A stretch of DNA of 64,000 nucleotides from Mobula hypostoma (lineage: Eukaryota). The DNA lies in assembly GCF_963921235.1 (NCBI RefSeq), contig NC_086097.1:156490001-156554000 (forward strand). Reading direction: 5' to 3'. Positions within the stretch are counted from its first letter, which is position 1. The number at the start of each line of letters is the position of its first letter. The position numbers and the translations under genes were made by a program. Shown here in pieces: positions 11,975 to 25,477 of the stretch. Under the pieces are notes generated by a model that was given only the letters and a program-made list of their open reading frames with translations, made no database searches and had not been told where the DNA came from.

Positions 11975-12792
11975 TGTCACGTACCCCGCGACGGGTTTAA
12001 AGAACCAGCAGAAATGGAAAATAGCTTGGAGTCCAGTCTTGCTACTACCTAGTGATATTTATTAGTAACTTCACAATACAGTAATATAAATGCAGATAAA
12101 TCAAACAGGTTAGCAATGATTATATATAAGTAAGTGTGGAAATATATGAAAACCAAGCTTCTTCAAGTCTAGGGGTAAATAGTTAGTGTTACGATGATGA
12201 GTAAAGTTCATTTCATCTCGTGGTATTGAGTTGAGTAGTGATGGAGAGAGAGAGAGAGGGAGAGATTTGAGTCTTCAGTTGAGCTGACTCTGTCGATCTT
12301 CCCGTTGTCCTCTGAAATCCTTTAAAAGTCACCGACTGTGACCGCAACAAAGGGGGCTGTTCTCCTGTGGTGGAGCTAGCAACCCAGCTGAGGATTGGAC
12401 ACACAAATAACTCCCCACTAGTCACACCCTGTTCACATTGCAAGAGCCACTGCTCAGTCCACCTGATGAATCCTCCAAAACCCACATTTTTTGTGGGCAC
12501 ATAAAAGTTCATTCAGTTTCCAAAACCATGTGCCTCAGGTCTATCATCCTGACCTTCTATTTATCTCCCGGTGCTGAGTACCAACTGTCTCTCAAATATC
12601 AGCTCCTCCCTTCTCTTTCTGTAAGAACGTACGAGCAGGCAATGACCTTGAGAAAGTATAAACAAAGTGCGAGCAGTCTTCGTCCCTCTCTCTCCTTTCT
12701 CTCTCTCTTTTTAACAAGGTGTCTGTTGTTGAGCACCTCTTTCTCTCTTTTCAAAAGCACAGTTCATAGGGTTAATTCAGGACCCCATCACA
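11975..12792 (-). mobile_element. Solo LTR A
   Basis: TG...CA termini and 4-bp TSD ATAT/ACAT (1 mismatch). Similar to LTRs B and C. AATAAA on the - strand near the left end. Confidence 0.78.
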
Positions 12793-12808
12793 ACATCAGC
12801 GTACCTGC

Positions 12809-13722
12809 TGTTACGTACCCCTAACTGGGTTGCCAAACCAGCAGAAATGGACCACTCAGTTGGAGTCTGGATTACTGGAACTAAGAAAGTTTTATTCAAG
12901 AAATAAGCAACACAGTACTCTAATAGTAAGGATATAAATGCAACAGGTTAGCAATGAATAAACACACATGTACACAGAACTAGGATAATAGGATCAATCA
13001 AGCTCTATCGTTGTCTAGGGGTAAATGACCAGTTTCAAGTGACGCAAAGTTCAGTTCAATTGAGTTCAGTTCAGTTCACAGTAATCACTGTTGTGCCGTT
13101 GGGGGCAGGGGGGGGGAAGAGAGAGAACGAATGAATATTCAAATCAGATTCCAAACAGACCTTCGATATTCCTCGCAGTCAGCTTTCGGGTGAGCCCTTT
13201 GTAATGACTTCTGAGGTCCCCGACTGTGACCCCTCCGTTCCAGACACGATCGTTCTTCAGCGGTGAACCTGGCATCCAGGCAAGGGCGGACACACACCAG
13301 GTTCCCGCCGACCGTATCTTTCCACCCTGTGCGTCTATGGCTGGTCCGCGACCGGACCTCCAAAAACTCCCACCGACTTGTGGGGGCGCACCGCTTCCAG
13401 GGTCTCATTATCTCGTGCTGTCGTGTGTGTGGTGTGTTAATGAACCTGCACCTTTTTATTCCCCTGCTGGGGTATCGCCTGTCCATCACACTTCAAACAG
13501 TTCAGGGTTCAAAAGGAGCCGGTCTTGACAATACTCAGACCGGTGTCTCCTTCCGTTAAACTCTCTCGTCTCTTCATTAACATTCCCAAATGCTGCTCCA
13601 TTGTCTTACTTATCTCTCTCTCCTGAAGACAGGTGGCAGATCAACTGTTGATCCCACTGGTGCTAGCACAGGACAGTTAACATCTTAGTCTATGTGTACT
13701 TTCGTAACCCTCTTTTGTCACA
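12809..13722 (-). mobile_element. Solo LTR B (4-bp TSD, Gypsy- or ERV-like)
   Basis: TGTTACG...TCACA termini and perfect TSD CTGC (12805-12808 and 13723-13726). Homologous to 24653-25477. Confidence 0.88.
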
Positions 13723-15054
13723 CTGCTAAGAACAAGATCATTGACTAGTCAAACATCAATTGCATAACATAAGGTTTGAGGTACTTGCCAACTCCTTTGT
13801 AGAATTCTTGGTCATCCATCAAGCTCTAATGCTAAATATCTTAAGTCATCTCTCTTAGTCACTAACCCTCGATGGAAAAAAGCTCTGCTTACTCATTTTG
13901 TCAAAAAAACATGAAATTTTGCCCAATTCATTTTGCTCTGAGAATTCCACTTTTTTAGACAAAAACAGAAAATGCTAGAAAAGCTCAAGAAATCAGGCCA
14001 CATCTGTGGGAAAAGCAACAAAGTCAAAATTTCAGGTTAGAAATTCTTGGTAATTTTTTGTTCTTTTGTTTTCCAGTTTCTTATAAGAACACTCCACATA
14101 AGTTCTCCATCCTCATTAACTTCTTACCAAAGTTTTATATCATTTTTTGCTCTTTTTTCTCCCCATTATGAAAATATAATTTAAAATTAAAATATAACTT
14201 TATTCAATTATCTGGGAATAACTTTTGATTGATCTTTGTTTATTTCTTTTTGACTTACTAAAGTCATGAAAAGTGCAAAGAACAATGGCGACAGAAAGCC
14301 TTCTTTCTTATCTGCATACTACCAGACACATTTTGAAGTCTCTCACACTATTACCAGTATAGAAAGATTTGTACTAATGTGTACACTCACTTATCACATT
14401 TAGTTTCATTTTCAAAATTTTGTTCTAATTTTACAAATAGTCTATGTTTCTTTGTTTGCTGTTTCTGCAGCTCATGCAATATTTTTATTTAAAACTTAAA
14501 CTCCTAACCAGAGCTTTGCATGCAATCAACATCTACCAGAATTTGAGACAAATCCAGGAACCCATACAATTGCATGTCCATTGAGCTTGGTGACTGCTTG
14601 AATAAATAAAATCGCTGCTCACATGTTGGAGTTAGTTACGTAGTAGGCCTGTTTAAAATTTGATCCTTGCATCTGTTTCATGGACAGCTTCATATAAACT
14701 CCAGGGTTATTTAATACGAAGCATGTTGGTGTGCTGCTTTTTGTTCCTATGGTAAATATTCAGAAATATGCTGCTGGAGACTTTATTGGATATTGGATGA
14801 AAAGGGCAGACTAACAGAAGCACCATATGTGACTGGAAAGAGCAGAGACTGATGTGCACACTATAGATCTTTACAGTCCCTCTCATACCTACAGGAATGC
14901 CAGGTTGCTTTAGTTTAAAAGAGTCAATTTAGAACTTTGAAGTTATGTTATTGATTATTGGTTTATTATTATCACTAAGATACAGTGAAAAGCTTGTCTT
15001 GCATACTGCTCATACAGATCAAATCATTCCATTATTATGCATTGAACTAGAATT

Positions 15055-15850
15055 CCCAGGTGGAGGCGGAGCGGAGTAATAATAGCACTAAATGGCAATT
15101 CCTATTCTTGCATCATCGGAGAAAAACTCTATTTCCATCTTTAAAATCTTTATTTTTCCCTTTCAAGGTTCTTTTGAAGACCTGACCTAGAGTTACACGC
15201 TGACTTCCATTCTTTGCAGGAATGGGACCCGCTCTCGGGGTTTCACAACTGGCCATTGTTCGGCACGCTAAGGGCTTGGCGTAAGAGTCCGGGGCAGGTC
15301 AAGAGTCGGTATCAAGGCAGGAGACCTTTATGTCATTGGGGGAGTCGGGATATTTGAGTCTGTGTGCCTGGAGACCTGAGATCTTTGAGATCTTCAGGTA
15401 CAGAGCTCAAAAAAAGTGACGTAACAGACTTGTAATATCGTAAAACAGCGAGTTGTTTGTAATGTCTCCCTGCTCGCTGGGAGACACCTCCTTCTCCCTT
15501 ATTGGAGAGAGAGAGAGAGAGAGCCTGTGGTATGTCGTATACCGGGTGAAACTCAAAGTCTTTGGGGTAAGTGCAAGTCTGTGTCTTTGCTATTGCTTTG
15601 CTCACACTTGCGTGCTCGGTGGTGGGTGCTGATGCTTTTATTTGCCGGTGGGGGGGGGGCGTGTTTGTTGCTTACTGCTGTTTACGCATGGGAGGGAGGG
15701 GATCGGGGGGGACTTTGGGGTTCTAACATTTAACTGTCGTTCATTTTTTGGGGCTCTTCTCTGTTTTCATGGATGGTTGCAAAGGAAAAGCATTTCAGGA
15801 TATATATTGTATACATTTCTCTGACATTAAATGCACCTTTGAACTTTTGA
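15055..15850 (+). mobile_element. Non-autonomous retroelement, copy 1 (Rex1-like TTGAA tail)
   Basis: Collinear similarity to 36525-37262 (GAGAGCCTGTGGTAT, GCAAGTCTGTGT, TGTATACATTTCTCTGACA.TAAATG.ACC). No coding similarity recognised. Confidence 0.7.
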
Positions 15851-15987
15851 TCTTATGAATCTTTGAATAAGATAAATATAGCAGCACGTCATCACATCCA
15901 AAAACAGCAATGTAATTACAATCAGATTTTTTTTTATGATGTCTTTTGAAATATTGTCAGGAGACTGTTGATAACTTTTCTTCTCTC

Positions 15988-16330
15988 TTAGAACATAGAC
16001 ATTTACAACACATTACCTGCTCTTTGGCCCACACCGTTGTGCCGACCATGTAACCTACTCTACAGACTGCCTAGAGCTTCCCAAGCGCATAGCCCTCTAT
16101 TTTTCTAAGCTCCGTGTACTTATCTAAGAGGGTCTTAAAAGACCCTATTGTATCTGCTTCCACCACCACCCACAGCAGTCCATTCCAGACACCCACCACT
16201 CTCTGGTGAAAAACTTACCCCTGACATCCCCTGGGTACCTATTTCCAAGCACCTTAAAACTATGCCCCTCGGGATAGCCGTGGGAGAAAGCCTCTGGCTA
16301 TCCATATGATCAATGCCCCTCATTCTCTTC
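15988..16330 (-). mobile_element. CR1 3' fragment
   Basis: MRGIDHMDSQRL motif. 3' UTR homologous to 2385-2772. Confidence 0.85.
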
Positions 16331-16778
16331 TTCAAGATAGTCTATGGGATCTTTCTCAATCATTTTGGTAGGGCAACCAATGCAGTTCAATATGGCATAC
16401 AAAAGACCACACTTACAAAAATGCAATCCATCTGTACTGACAAGTGTATCAACCTAAATAACCAAATTGCCAGACTGGGATTGAGTCTTCAACTATTAGA
16501 TTCAACCAAAGATGAGTTAACTCATGTCTGATACTAAGTCTGAAGGTCAATTGTTGTCAATCCATTTTTTCCCAGTTATTTATTTGGCTCATTTTGAATG
16601 TTAATACTTCAGTTTTAAATTGTGCTTTCTCATGAGTGATGTAGAGTTATGAATAAAGGACCTTCTAGTGGCATAGGGGAGAATGATGTATCCTTAACTG
16701 GTTGCTTTCCAGTAATCAACTTGGGCATTATCATTATTGTTTGGAATAATTTACAGCAGGGTAGAATTTGACATGAAG

Positions 16779-19245
16779 ATAGAAACCATAGAAACCATAG
16801 AAAAATTACAGCACAGAAACAGGCCTTTTGGCCCTTCTTGGCTGTGCCGAACCATTTCCTGCCTAGTCCCACTGACCAGCATACGGACCATATCCCTCCA
16901 TACCCCTCCCATCCATGTATCTGTCCAATTTATTCTTAAATGTTAAAAAAGAACCCGCATTTACCACCTCATCTGGCAGCTCATTCCACACTTCCACCAC
17001 TCTCTGTGTGAAGAAGCCCCCCACTAATGTTCCCTTTAAACTTTTCCCCCCTCACCCTTAACCCATGTCCTCTGTTTTTTTTCCCCCTTGCCTCAATGGA
17101 AAAAGCCTGCTTGCATTCACTCTATCTATACCCATCATAATTTTATATACCTCTATCAAATCTCCCCTCATTCTTCTATGCTCCAGGGAATAAAGTCCTA
17201 ACCTATTCAACCTTTCTCTAACTGAGTTTCTCAAGTTCCGGAAACATCCTTGTAAACTTTCTCTGCACACTTTCAACATTATTTATATCCTTCCTGTAAT
17301 TTGGTGACTAAAACTGAACACAATACTCCAGATTCGGCCTCACCAATGCCTTATACAACTTCATCATAACGTTCCAGCTCTTATACTCAATACTTTCATT
17401 AATAAAGACCAAGGTACTAAAAGCTCTCTTTACGACCCTATCTACCTGTGACACCACTTTTAGGGAATTTTGTATCTGTATTCCCAGATCCCTCTGTTCT
17501 ACTGCACTGCTCAGTGCCTTACCATTTACCCTGTATGTTCTACCTTGGTTTATCCTTCCAAAGTGCAATACTTCACACTTGACTGTATGAAACTCCAGCT
17601 GCCATTTTTCAGCCCATTTTTCCAGCTGGTCCAAATCTCTCTGCAAGCTTTGAAAACCTTCCTCACTGTCCACGACACCTCCAATCTTTTTATCATCAGC
17701 AAATTTGCTGATCCAGTTTATCACATTATCATCCAGACCATTGATATAGATGACAAATAACAATGGACCCAGCACTGATCCCTGTGGCACACCACTAGTC
17801 ACAGGCATCCACTCTGAGAAGCAATTCTCTACTACCACTCTTTGGCTTCTACCATTGAGCTAATGTCTAATCCAATTTACCACCTCTCCTTGTATACCTA
17901 GCGACTGAATTTTCCTAACTAACCTCCCATGCAGGATCTTGTCAAAGGCCTTACTGAAGTCCATGTAGACAACATCCACTGCCTTCCCTTCATCCACTTT
18001 CCTGGTAACCTCCTTGAAAAACTCCAGTAGATTGATCAAACATGACCTACCACACACAAAGCCATGTTGACTCTCCCTAATAAGTCCCTGTCTATCCAAA
18101 TGCTTGAAGATTCTGTCTCTTAGTACTCCCTCCAATAACTTACCCACTACAGACATCAAATTTACCGGCCTATAATTTCCCGGATTACTTTTCGATCCTT
18201 TTTTAAACAACGGAACAACATGAGCCATTCTCTAATCCTCCAGCACCTCACCCGCAGACACCAACATTTTAAATATATCTGCCAAGGCCCCTGCAATTTC
18301 AACACTAGTCTCCTTCAAGGTCCGAGGGAATACCCTGTCAGGTCCTGGGGATTTATCCACTTTAATTTGCTGCAAGATAGTAAGCACCTCCTCCTTTTCA
18401 ATCTGTACAGTTTCCATGATCTCACTACTTGTTTCTCTTAGTCCCATAGACTTCATGTAAGTTTCCTTAGTAAATACAGACACAAAAAACCCAATTAAGA
18501 TCTCTCCCATTTCTTTTGGTTCCGCACATAGCCGACAACCCTGATCTTCAAGAGGACCAATTTTATCCCTTACAATCCTTTTACTCTTAATATACCCGTA
18601 AAAGCTCTTTGGATTATCCTTCACTTTGACTGCCAAGGCAACCTCATGTCTTCTTTTAGCCCTCCTGATTTCCTTCTTAAGTATTTTCTTGCACTTTTTA
18701 TACTCCTCAAGCACCTTATTTACTCCCTGTTTCCTATACATGTCATACAACTCTCTCTTCTTCTTTATCAGAGTTGCAATATCCTTTGAGAACCAACGTT
18801 CCTTATTCCTATTCACTTTGCCTTTAATCCTGACAGGAACATACAAGCTCTGCACTCTCATAATTTCTCCTTTGAAGGCTTCCTACTTACCGATCACATC
18901 CTTGCCAGAGAACAACCTGTCCCAATCCACGCTTTTTAGATTCTTTCTCATTTCTTCAAATTTGGCCTTCTTCCAGTTTAGGACCTCAACCCTAGGACTA
19001 GATCTGTCTTTATCTATGATCAAATTGAACCTAATGGTGTTATGATCACTGGAACCAGAGTGCTCCCCTACACACACTTCTGTCACTTGTCCTAACTCGT
19101 TTCCTAATATTAGATCTAATATTGCATCCCCTCTAGTTGGTACTTCTATATATTGATTTAGAAAACTTTCCTGAACACATTTTACAAACTCTAACCCTTC
19201 TAGACCCCTAACAGTATGGGAGTCCCAATCAATATGTGGAAAATC
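16779..19245 (-). mobile_element. CR1 LINE, 5'-truncated in the endonuclease domain
   Basis: ORF2 fragments (SDHN, PLFKKG..PGNYRPV, KFADD, RPNLEYCVQF) with stops. (TTTCTATGG)n tail. Same family as 27360-29335. Confidence 0.95.
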
Positions 19246-19769
19246 TATAATATATAATATTTGATCAAGTTTTACTGATATTGGCAGGCATGCACAGAGT
19301 CATGTTTTTCTCATTTATCTGGTGCAGTTGTCTTGTGACCTCCATTGCTAAGCTGTCAGTTTTGATCTGTCTCATGACTACAACATATGATCATTTTGGA
19401 AGATGTACAATGATTCATTTCTGAAGAGAAATGCTGCCCAAGAGAAGCACAATGGATTTGTGTTGTGTCAGTATTCTCTCACACATACTGACGAGTATTC
19501 TTCACCCTCACTGAAGACTGGGTATGTCGTCTCCACCAACAAGCAGATCTGTGCCCTCTTGCTTTTCTCTTGATAGTTAAAACAAAATCTATTCACTTTT
19601 GAATTCTTACTTACTACATCACAACAGAAGTCATCTGCTGATCAAGTCGCTGTTACCTCCCAGTAGATCAATCCCATCAGTCCCTTTGCCCCTTCTCCTG
19701 ATCCTGTCTCTCTCTGCAATGTATTTGTTCATATATGTACTCATCAACCCCCTTTTGATTCTTAGTGAG

Positions 19770-20520
19770 ATAAATCAGCTGGTTGAGTAGTGTTGAGACA
19801 ACTTCTCACTCCATCTTCACAAGAGAAAGGAACTCATTATGGGTTTCAGGAAGGAGAGGTCAGGACACAGCAGTCATTATTAAAAATTCAGCACACCTCG
19901 TCCTTAATGAAAAGTCAGTGGTGGAAAGAATGAGCAGCTTCAAGTTCCTGGACATCAACATCTCAGAGGATCTTTCCTGGGCTCAACATATTAATGTAAT
20001 CATGGCGGAGGTTCACCAGTGATCTACATCATGATTTTCAGAATATTTCACATATCACCAAAGACTCTTAAAAATTTTAATAGGTGTACACTGTAGAGCG
20101 TTCTGACTAGTTGTATCACAGCTTGGTACATATCACAAGAAGCTGCAGAGGGTTTTAGACTTTAGACTTAGCCAGCTCCATTACTAGCAAAACTCTTCCC
20201 AGCATGAAGGGTGACTTCAAGAGGCGGTATCTCAGGAAGGTGGCACCCATCATTTAAGACCTTCATCATCTAGTACTTGTCCTCTTCTTATTACTACCAT
20301 TAAAGATGAGGACTGGAGCCTTGAGCCCACACTAAACACTTTAGGAACAGCCTCTTTCCCATCCCCCCACTATTAGATTTCTGAACAATCCATGATCACT
20401 GCTTCATTTTCCCTTTATTTTGCAATATTTATTTGTTTTTGTAATTTATAGATTTTTATGTCATTCATTGCACTGTTACCACAAAACAGCAACATTTATC
20501 ATGATCAACTCCATAAAGGT
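19770..20520 (+). mobile_element. Old Rex1/Babar-type LINE 3' fragment
   Basis: VERMSSFKFLDINISEDLSW motif and a matching 3' UTR. Confidence 0.7.
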
Positions 20521-20539
20521 GTAATTTCCAGTACATAAT

Positions 20540-20690
20540 TAACTTCTCAGTTTGTCTTTGAAATATGGGAGGAAACTGGAACACCTGGCAGTAACACAGA
20601 CACTTGCGGGGAGAACACACAAACTCCACATAGTTAGCACACAAGATCAGGATTGAACCTAAGTCTCTGAAGCTGTCGGGCAAGGATTCT
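20540..20690 (-). mobile_element. SINE fragment
   Basis: GGGAGAACACACAAACTCCACA..CAGGATTGAACC. Similar to the SINEs at about 2975-3070 and 50600-50930. Confidence 0.6.
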
Positions 20691-21234
20691 GGTTCCTACT
20701 CCTGTTTTCTCCTCTCACACAATCCTGATTGTTTTTGATTTTTAATTGCTTCACCATTCTCGGTAAATTAATTTATTATTGCCGTATGTACAAAGTTACA
20801 GTTCAAAAAAGGCTTTGTTCTGTATGCCATCCACGTGGATCACTTCATTACATCAGCCCATTCAGGCAGCAGAAGGGAAGCACAATAACAGTATGCAGAA
20901 TAAAATATTACCGCAGCAGAGAGTTCAGCTCAGGCAAATAAGGAAGTACAAAGCCATAATGAGAAAGATTGTGAGGTCAAGTGTCTATCCTATTTGAGGA
21001 CAATTTGATAGTCTTATGACAGTAGGATAGAAACTTCCTTGGGCACTAAGTGTTCACCTTTAGAGCTTTACGTTTCCACCTCTCTGCCTCACATTTCTTA
21101 AAGACACTCTTTAAAACCTAACTTTTGATCAGCTGTTTTACTCTGTGAAATATTCCTTAAATGTTATTTTGTTTCTCTGAAAAACTCCTGTGCAGCATCA
21201 TGAGACACCTTACTATGAGAAAGTAAATTAGGTA

Positions 21235-23200
21235 GTTAATCCCATTACTCCTCCTGGGGCATAGGCTGCTGACAGAAGCTTGCCAGATTCCTCTGTCCTG
21301 GGCATCTTTCAAGTTGACCCTAGGTGTAGCCATCTTCTCGGTGTCACCTTCAAGGTCACATCGCCAGATATTCTTTGGCCCGCCTTGCTTCTGTTTTCTC
21401 TGGGGATTCCACGTTAGTGCTTGTCTGGTAATGTTGATAAAAAAAAGGTATGTCGCATCCGGAATTTTCCGGTTAGCAGGCAATTTCCCACGCTGCTCTA
21501 ACAAATTGAGAAATCATGTACAAGGCAAGTTACAGCAGTGGGTTGCCATTGCCTTCTGCCGGGTGAGTATTTTTTTAAGAGATCACCAGCTCTTAACCTA
21601 GCACAGATGGAGAGCGTGCAAGGGTGCTGGCTGGAATGGAACTCAGGACCTCTCGCCCCGAAGTCCTGCGCTGATGCCAAATCGCCACCAGCCAGCTGGT
21701 AATATTGATACTAAGCTTATCCATCCCATTCTTCTTTTCCTTAATTCTTCTTTCGCTGCCAGCTGGTGCATTCTCTGCCGTAGATCAATTTTGCTGATGA
21801 CTTCTGGCCAATGGATTGAGAGAATTGAGACAGGTATTAATAAAGGTTTGTCCTTTCCTAATAATAGTCTTTGTTGTCCTCTAAGTTTCTGCTCTGTATG
21901 AGAGGACTGATCTCATGTTGGTGTTGAATAGCCTGATCTCAGTATGCTGCGACAGCACACTGGAGCACCAGATGTTCTTGAGCTGGATGAAGGCTACCCT
22001 AGCTTTGCTGTTCCTTCTATTGATATCTACCTCAGTGCCGCCCTGCCTGTCAATGACACTACCTAGATACCGTAGGTGAAGGCTTCTCGCTCTTCAAGTG
22101 GATTTCCCTTTAGAGTGACTGGGTCAACAAAGGTTGAGTTTTTCCTGTGGATCTTAAGACCCACTTGTGCTAATGTGGTTGCCAAGTCTCTTGTTTTTTA
22201 TCTTGCATCTGCTTATGGGTATGGGATGTTGTAGCGTGGGTGAAATTACCGGAGAGACAGAGTCACTGGTAGATACAAAGCAGCTTCTTTATTTGACACA
22301 ACAAGGTACAGCAGGCATCTTACGGACGGAGACGCTTTCCGAAGAAAGGTCTGCTAGCTAAAATGTGGGCTCGATATTTATATGCTAAACACAAAGGCAA
22401 TCGCTACTTAAAAAGTTACAGACAATGCATAGACAATGCTTCCTATTGAAGCTACATACAAAATCTCACACCATCGTTTCCTCCTGATGCCAATATGTCT
22501 GGGTTGGTACCTACAGCCTTTAGGAATGTAAGTTAAGTCTACAATACATTTATTTGGCATTTCCCGTGCTAACATAGAAGACAATTCATACAATTAATAT
22601 TTATAATGTATAGGTGATACTGCCTTGAAAACTACAGCATCAGGCATCAGAAGCATTTGGTATTTACACCTTTTAGGAAGCCCATTGTGGTGGACTCAAT
22701 CCACAGTCCTTTGTCAAACAGTTAAAATAGAAGTCTGGTGGCCAAAGTCATTTAAGTGTTAAAAAATCATCTACCCCAAAAGAATCCACTCTAACATGGG
22801 ACAAGAGAGCTATATCATCGGCGAAGCCGATGTCTTCCAGTTGTTTTTATAGGGGCCACTGGATCCCAATTCTATTCTGTGCTGCAGATGTCTTCATGAT
22901 CCAGTCTATGACCAGAAGGAACAAGAAAGGAGACATCATGCACCCTGGCCAGACTCTTGTCTTCAAATGAAAGTTGCTGGTATGCTATGATTGACTCTGC
23001 AGGACATTCCCTCGTAAAAATTCTTGACCAGTCTGACCATCTCGCCTGGCACTCCATAGAGCCACAAGATTCTCCACAGGGTCTCTCTGTCTACGTCATT
23101 GAAAGCTTTTTTTTATTGTCAACGAAGTTGATGTACAGAAATGAAATCCACTCGTGATTTCTTGACTATGCTGCATAATGTGGCTACTTGGTCAGTATCT
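21235..23200 (-). mobile_element. Degenerate RTE-clade LINE, interrupted by a SINE (about 21440-21700) and solo LTR D
   Basis: QLEDIGFADDIALLSH|THKQMQD reads through the LTR insertion site. C-terminal ITRQALTWNPQ.K.K.GGPKN.W motif. Confidence 0.8.
22227..22796 (-). mobile_element. Solo LTR D (5-bp TSD)
   Basis: TGTT...AACA termini and perfect TSD TGGGA (22222-22226 and 22797-22801). AATAAA on the - strand. No evident similarity to LTRs A-C. Confidence 0.88.
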
Positions 23201-23279
23201 GATCTGTTCAGAATCAGTCTTAATGTCACTGGCATGACATGAAATTTGTTGTTATGCAGGAGCAGTAGTTTGCAATACA

Positions 23280-24390
23280 TAGAAACATAAAAACATAGAA
23301 AATAAGTGCAGGAGTAGGCCATTCGGCCCTTCAAGCCTGCACCGCCATTCAGTACGATCATGGCTGATCATCCAACTCAGAACCCTGTACCTGCCTTCTC
23401 TCCATACTCCCTGATCCCTTTAGCCACAAGGGCCTTATCTAACTCCCTCTTAAATATAGCCAATGAACTGGCCTCAACTGTTTCCTGTGGCAGAGAATTC
23501 CACGGATTCACCATTCTCTGTGTGAAGAAGTTTTTACTCATCTCAGTCCTAAAAGGCTTCCCCTTTATCCTCAAACTGTGTCCTCTCATTCTGGACTTCC
23601 CCTACATCGGGAACAATCTTCCTACATCTAGCCTGTCCACTCCCTTTAGAATTTTATACATTTCAATAAGATCCCCCCTCAATCTTCTAAATTCCAGAGA
23701 GTATAAGCCTAGCCGATCCAGTCTTTCTTCATATGAAAGACCTGCCATCTCAGAAATCAATCCGGTGAACCTTCTTTGTACTCCCTCTATGGCAAGAATG
23801 TCTTTCCTCAGATTAGGGGACCAAAACTGCACACAATATTCTAGGTGTGGTCTCACCAAGGCCTTGTACAACTGCAGTAGTACCTCCCTGCTCCTGTACT
23901 CAAATCCTCTTGCTATGAATGCCAGCATATCATTCGCCTTTTTCACCGCCTGCTGTACCAGCATGCCCACTTTCAATAACTGGTGTACAATGACACCCAG
24001 GTCTCGTTGTACCTCCCCTTTTCCTAATCAGCCACCAATCAGATAATAATCTGTTTTCCTGTTCTTGCAACCAAAGTGGATAACCTCTCATTTATCCACA
24101 TTAAATTGCATCTGCCATGAATTTGCCCACTCACCTAACCTATCCAAGTCACCTTGCATCCTCTTAGCATTCTCCTCACAGCTAACCCTGCCACCCAGCT
24201 TCGTGTCATCCGCAAACTTGGAGATGCTGCATTTAATTCCCTCATCCAAGTCATTAATATATATTGTAAACAACTGAGGTCCCAGCACTGAGCCTTGCGG
24301 TACCCCACTAGTCACTGCCTGCCATTCTGAAAAGGTCCTGTTTATTCCCACTTTTTGCTTCCTGTCTGCCAACCAATTCACTATCCTCAT
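23280..24390 (-). mobile_element. CR1 3' portion
   Basis: RT motifs [10 protein letters not shown] and KFADD. Flanked by CAATACA (23273-23279 and 24391-24397), a TSD or microhomology. Same family as 53668-55553. Confidence 0.95.
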
Positions 24391-24652
24391 CAATACAATT
24401 TACAATAATACAAATTGTAAATTACTGTAAATATATATTTATAATTAAATAAGTAGTGCAAAATGAGAAAAAAAGTAGTAAGGTACTGTTTATGGCTCCA
24501 ATGTCCTTTCAGAAATCTGATGACAGAGGGAAAGAAGCTATTCCTGAATTGTTGACTGTGTGCCATCAGGCCCCCATAGCTCTTCCCTGATGGTAATAAT
24601 GAGGACAATGAGAAGAGGACATGTCCTGGGTGATCGGGGTCCATTATGGTGG

Positions 24653-25477
24653 TGTTACGTACCCTGTAACTGGGTTGCCAAACCAGCAGAAATGGACCAC
24701 TTAGTTGGAGTCTGGTTAACAGAAACCAATAAAGTTTTATTAAAGAAATAAGCAACGCAGTACTCTAATCGTAAGGATATAACTGCAACAGGTTAGCAAT
24801 GATAAAACACACATATACACAGAACTAGGGTAATAGGAATCAACCAAGCTCTATCGCAGTATAGGGGTAAAATGATCAGTCTCAAGTGACGCAGAGTTCA
24901 GTTCAGCTTAGTACAGTTCGCAGTAATCGCTCTTGTGCCGTTGGAGAGAGAGAGAGATTATGCAAATTGGATTCAGCAGACCTTTGATGTTCACAGGTGG
25001 TTTCGGGCGGACCCTTTTATGTCATCTGTGGTCACCGATTGTGACCCCTCCGTTACGGATACGACCGTTGTTCCGCGGTGAACCCGGCACCCAGGCAAGG
25101 GGACACACACACAGCAGGTTCCCACCGATCGTACCTTTACACCCTGTGAGTCTACGGTTGGTTCCTGCGAACCAGACCTCCAAACTTCTACCAACTTGTG
25201 GAGGCACACCGCTCTTCCAGGGTCTCGCTATCTTGTGATCTTGTGGAATCCCGCGCCTTAGCGAACCTGTTCTTTTTATCCCCCTGCTGGGGTATCACCT
25301 GTCCATCAAACTTCAGACAGTTCAGGTTCAAAGCAACCGGTCTGTCAATATTCTGAAATGTGTTTCTTTCTCGTTAATCTCTCTCTTCTCTCTTATTAGC
25401 ATTTTGAATGTTTCTCCATTGTCTCCCTTATCTCTCTCATCAGCATCAATCTTCTGATAACTTGGTTTGGCGTCATA
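24653..25477 (-). mobile_element. Solo LTR C
   Basis: TGTTACG start, TCATA end (CA mutated to TA) and TSD GTGG (24649-24652 and 25478-25481). Homologous to LTR B. Confidence 0.85.

Noticed and set aside
14471..14751. Good + strand acceptor at 14470 and donor-like GTAAAT at 14752
   Set aside because: There is no open frame from the strong acceptor to a donor. Alternative acceptors are weak.
23360..24046. 228-aa + strand ORF and similar antisense ORFs over the LINEs
   Set aside because: These are antisense shadows of CR1, Rex1 and Penelope coding sequence with no independent motifs.
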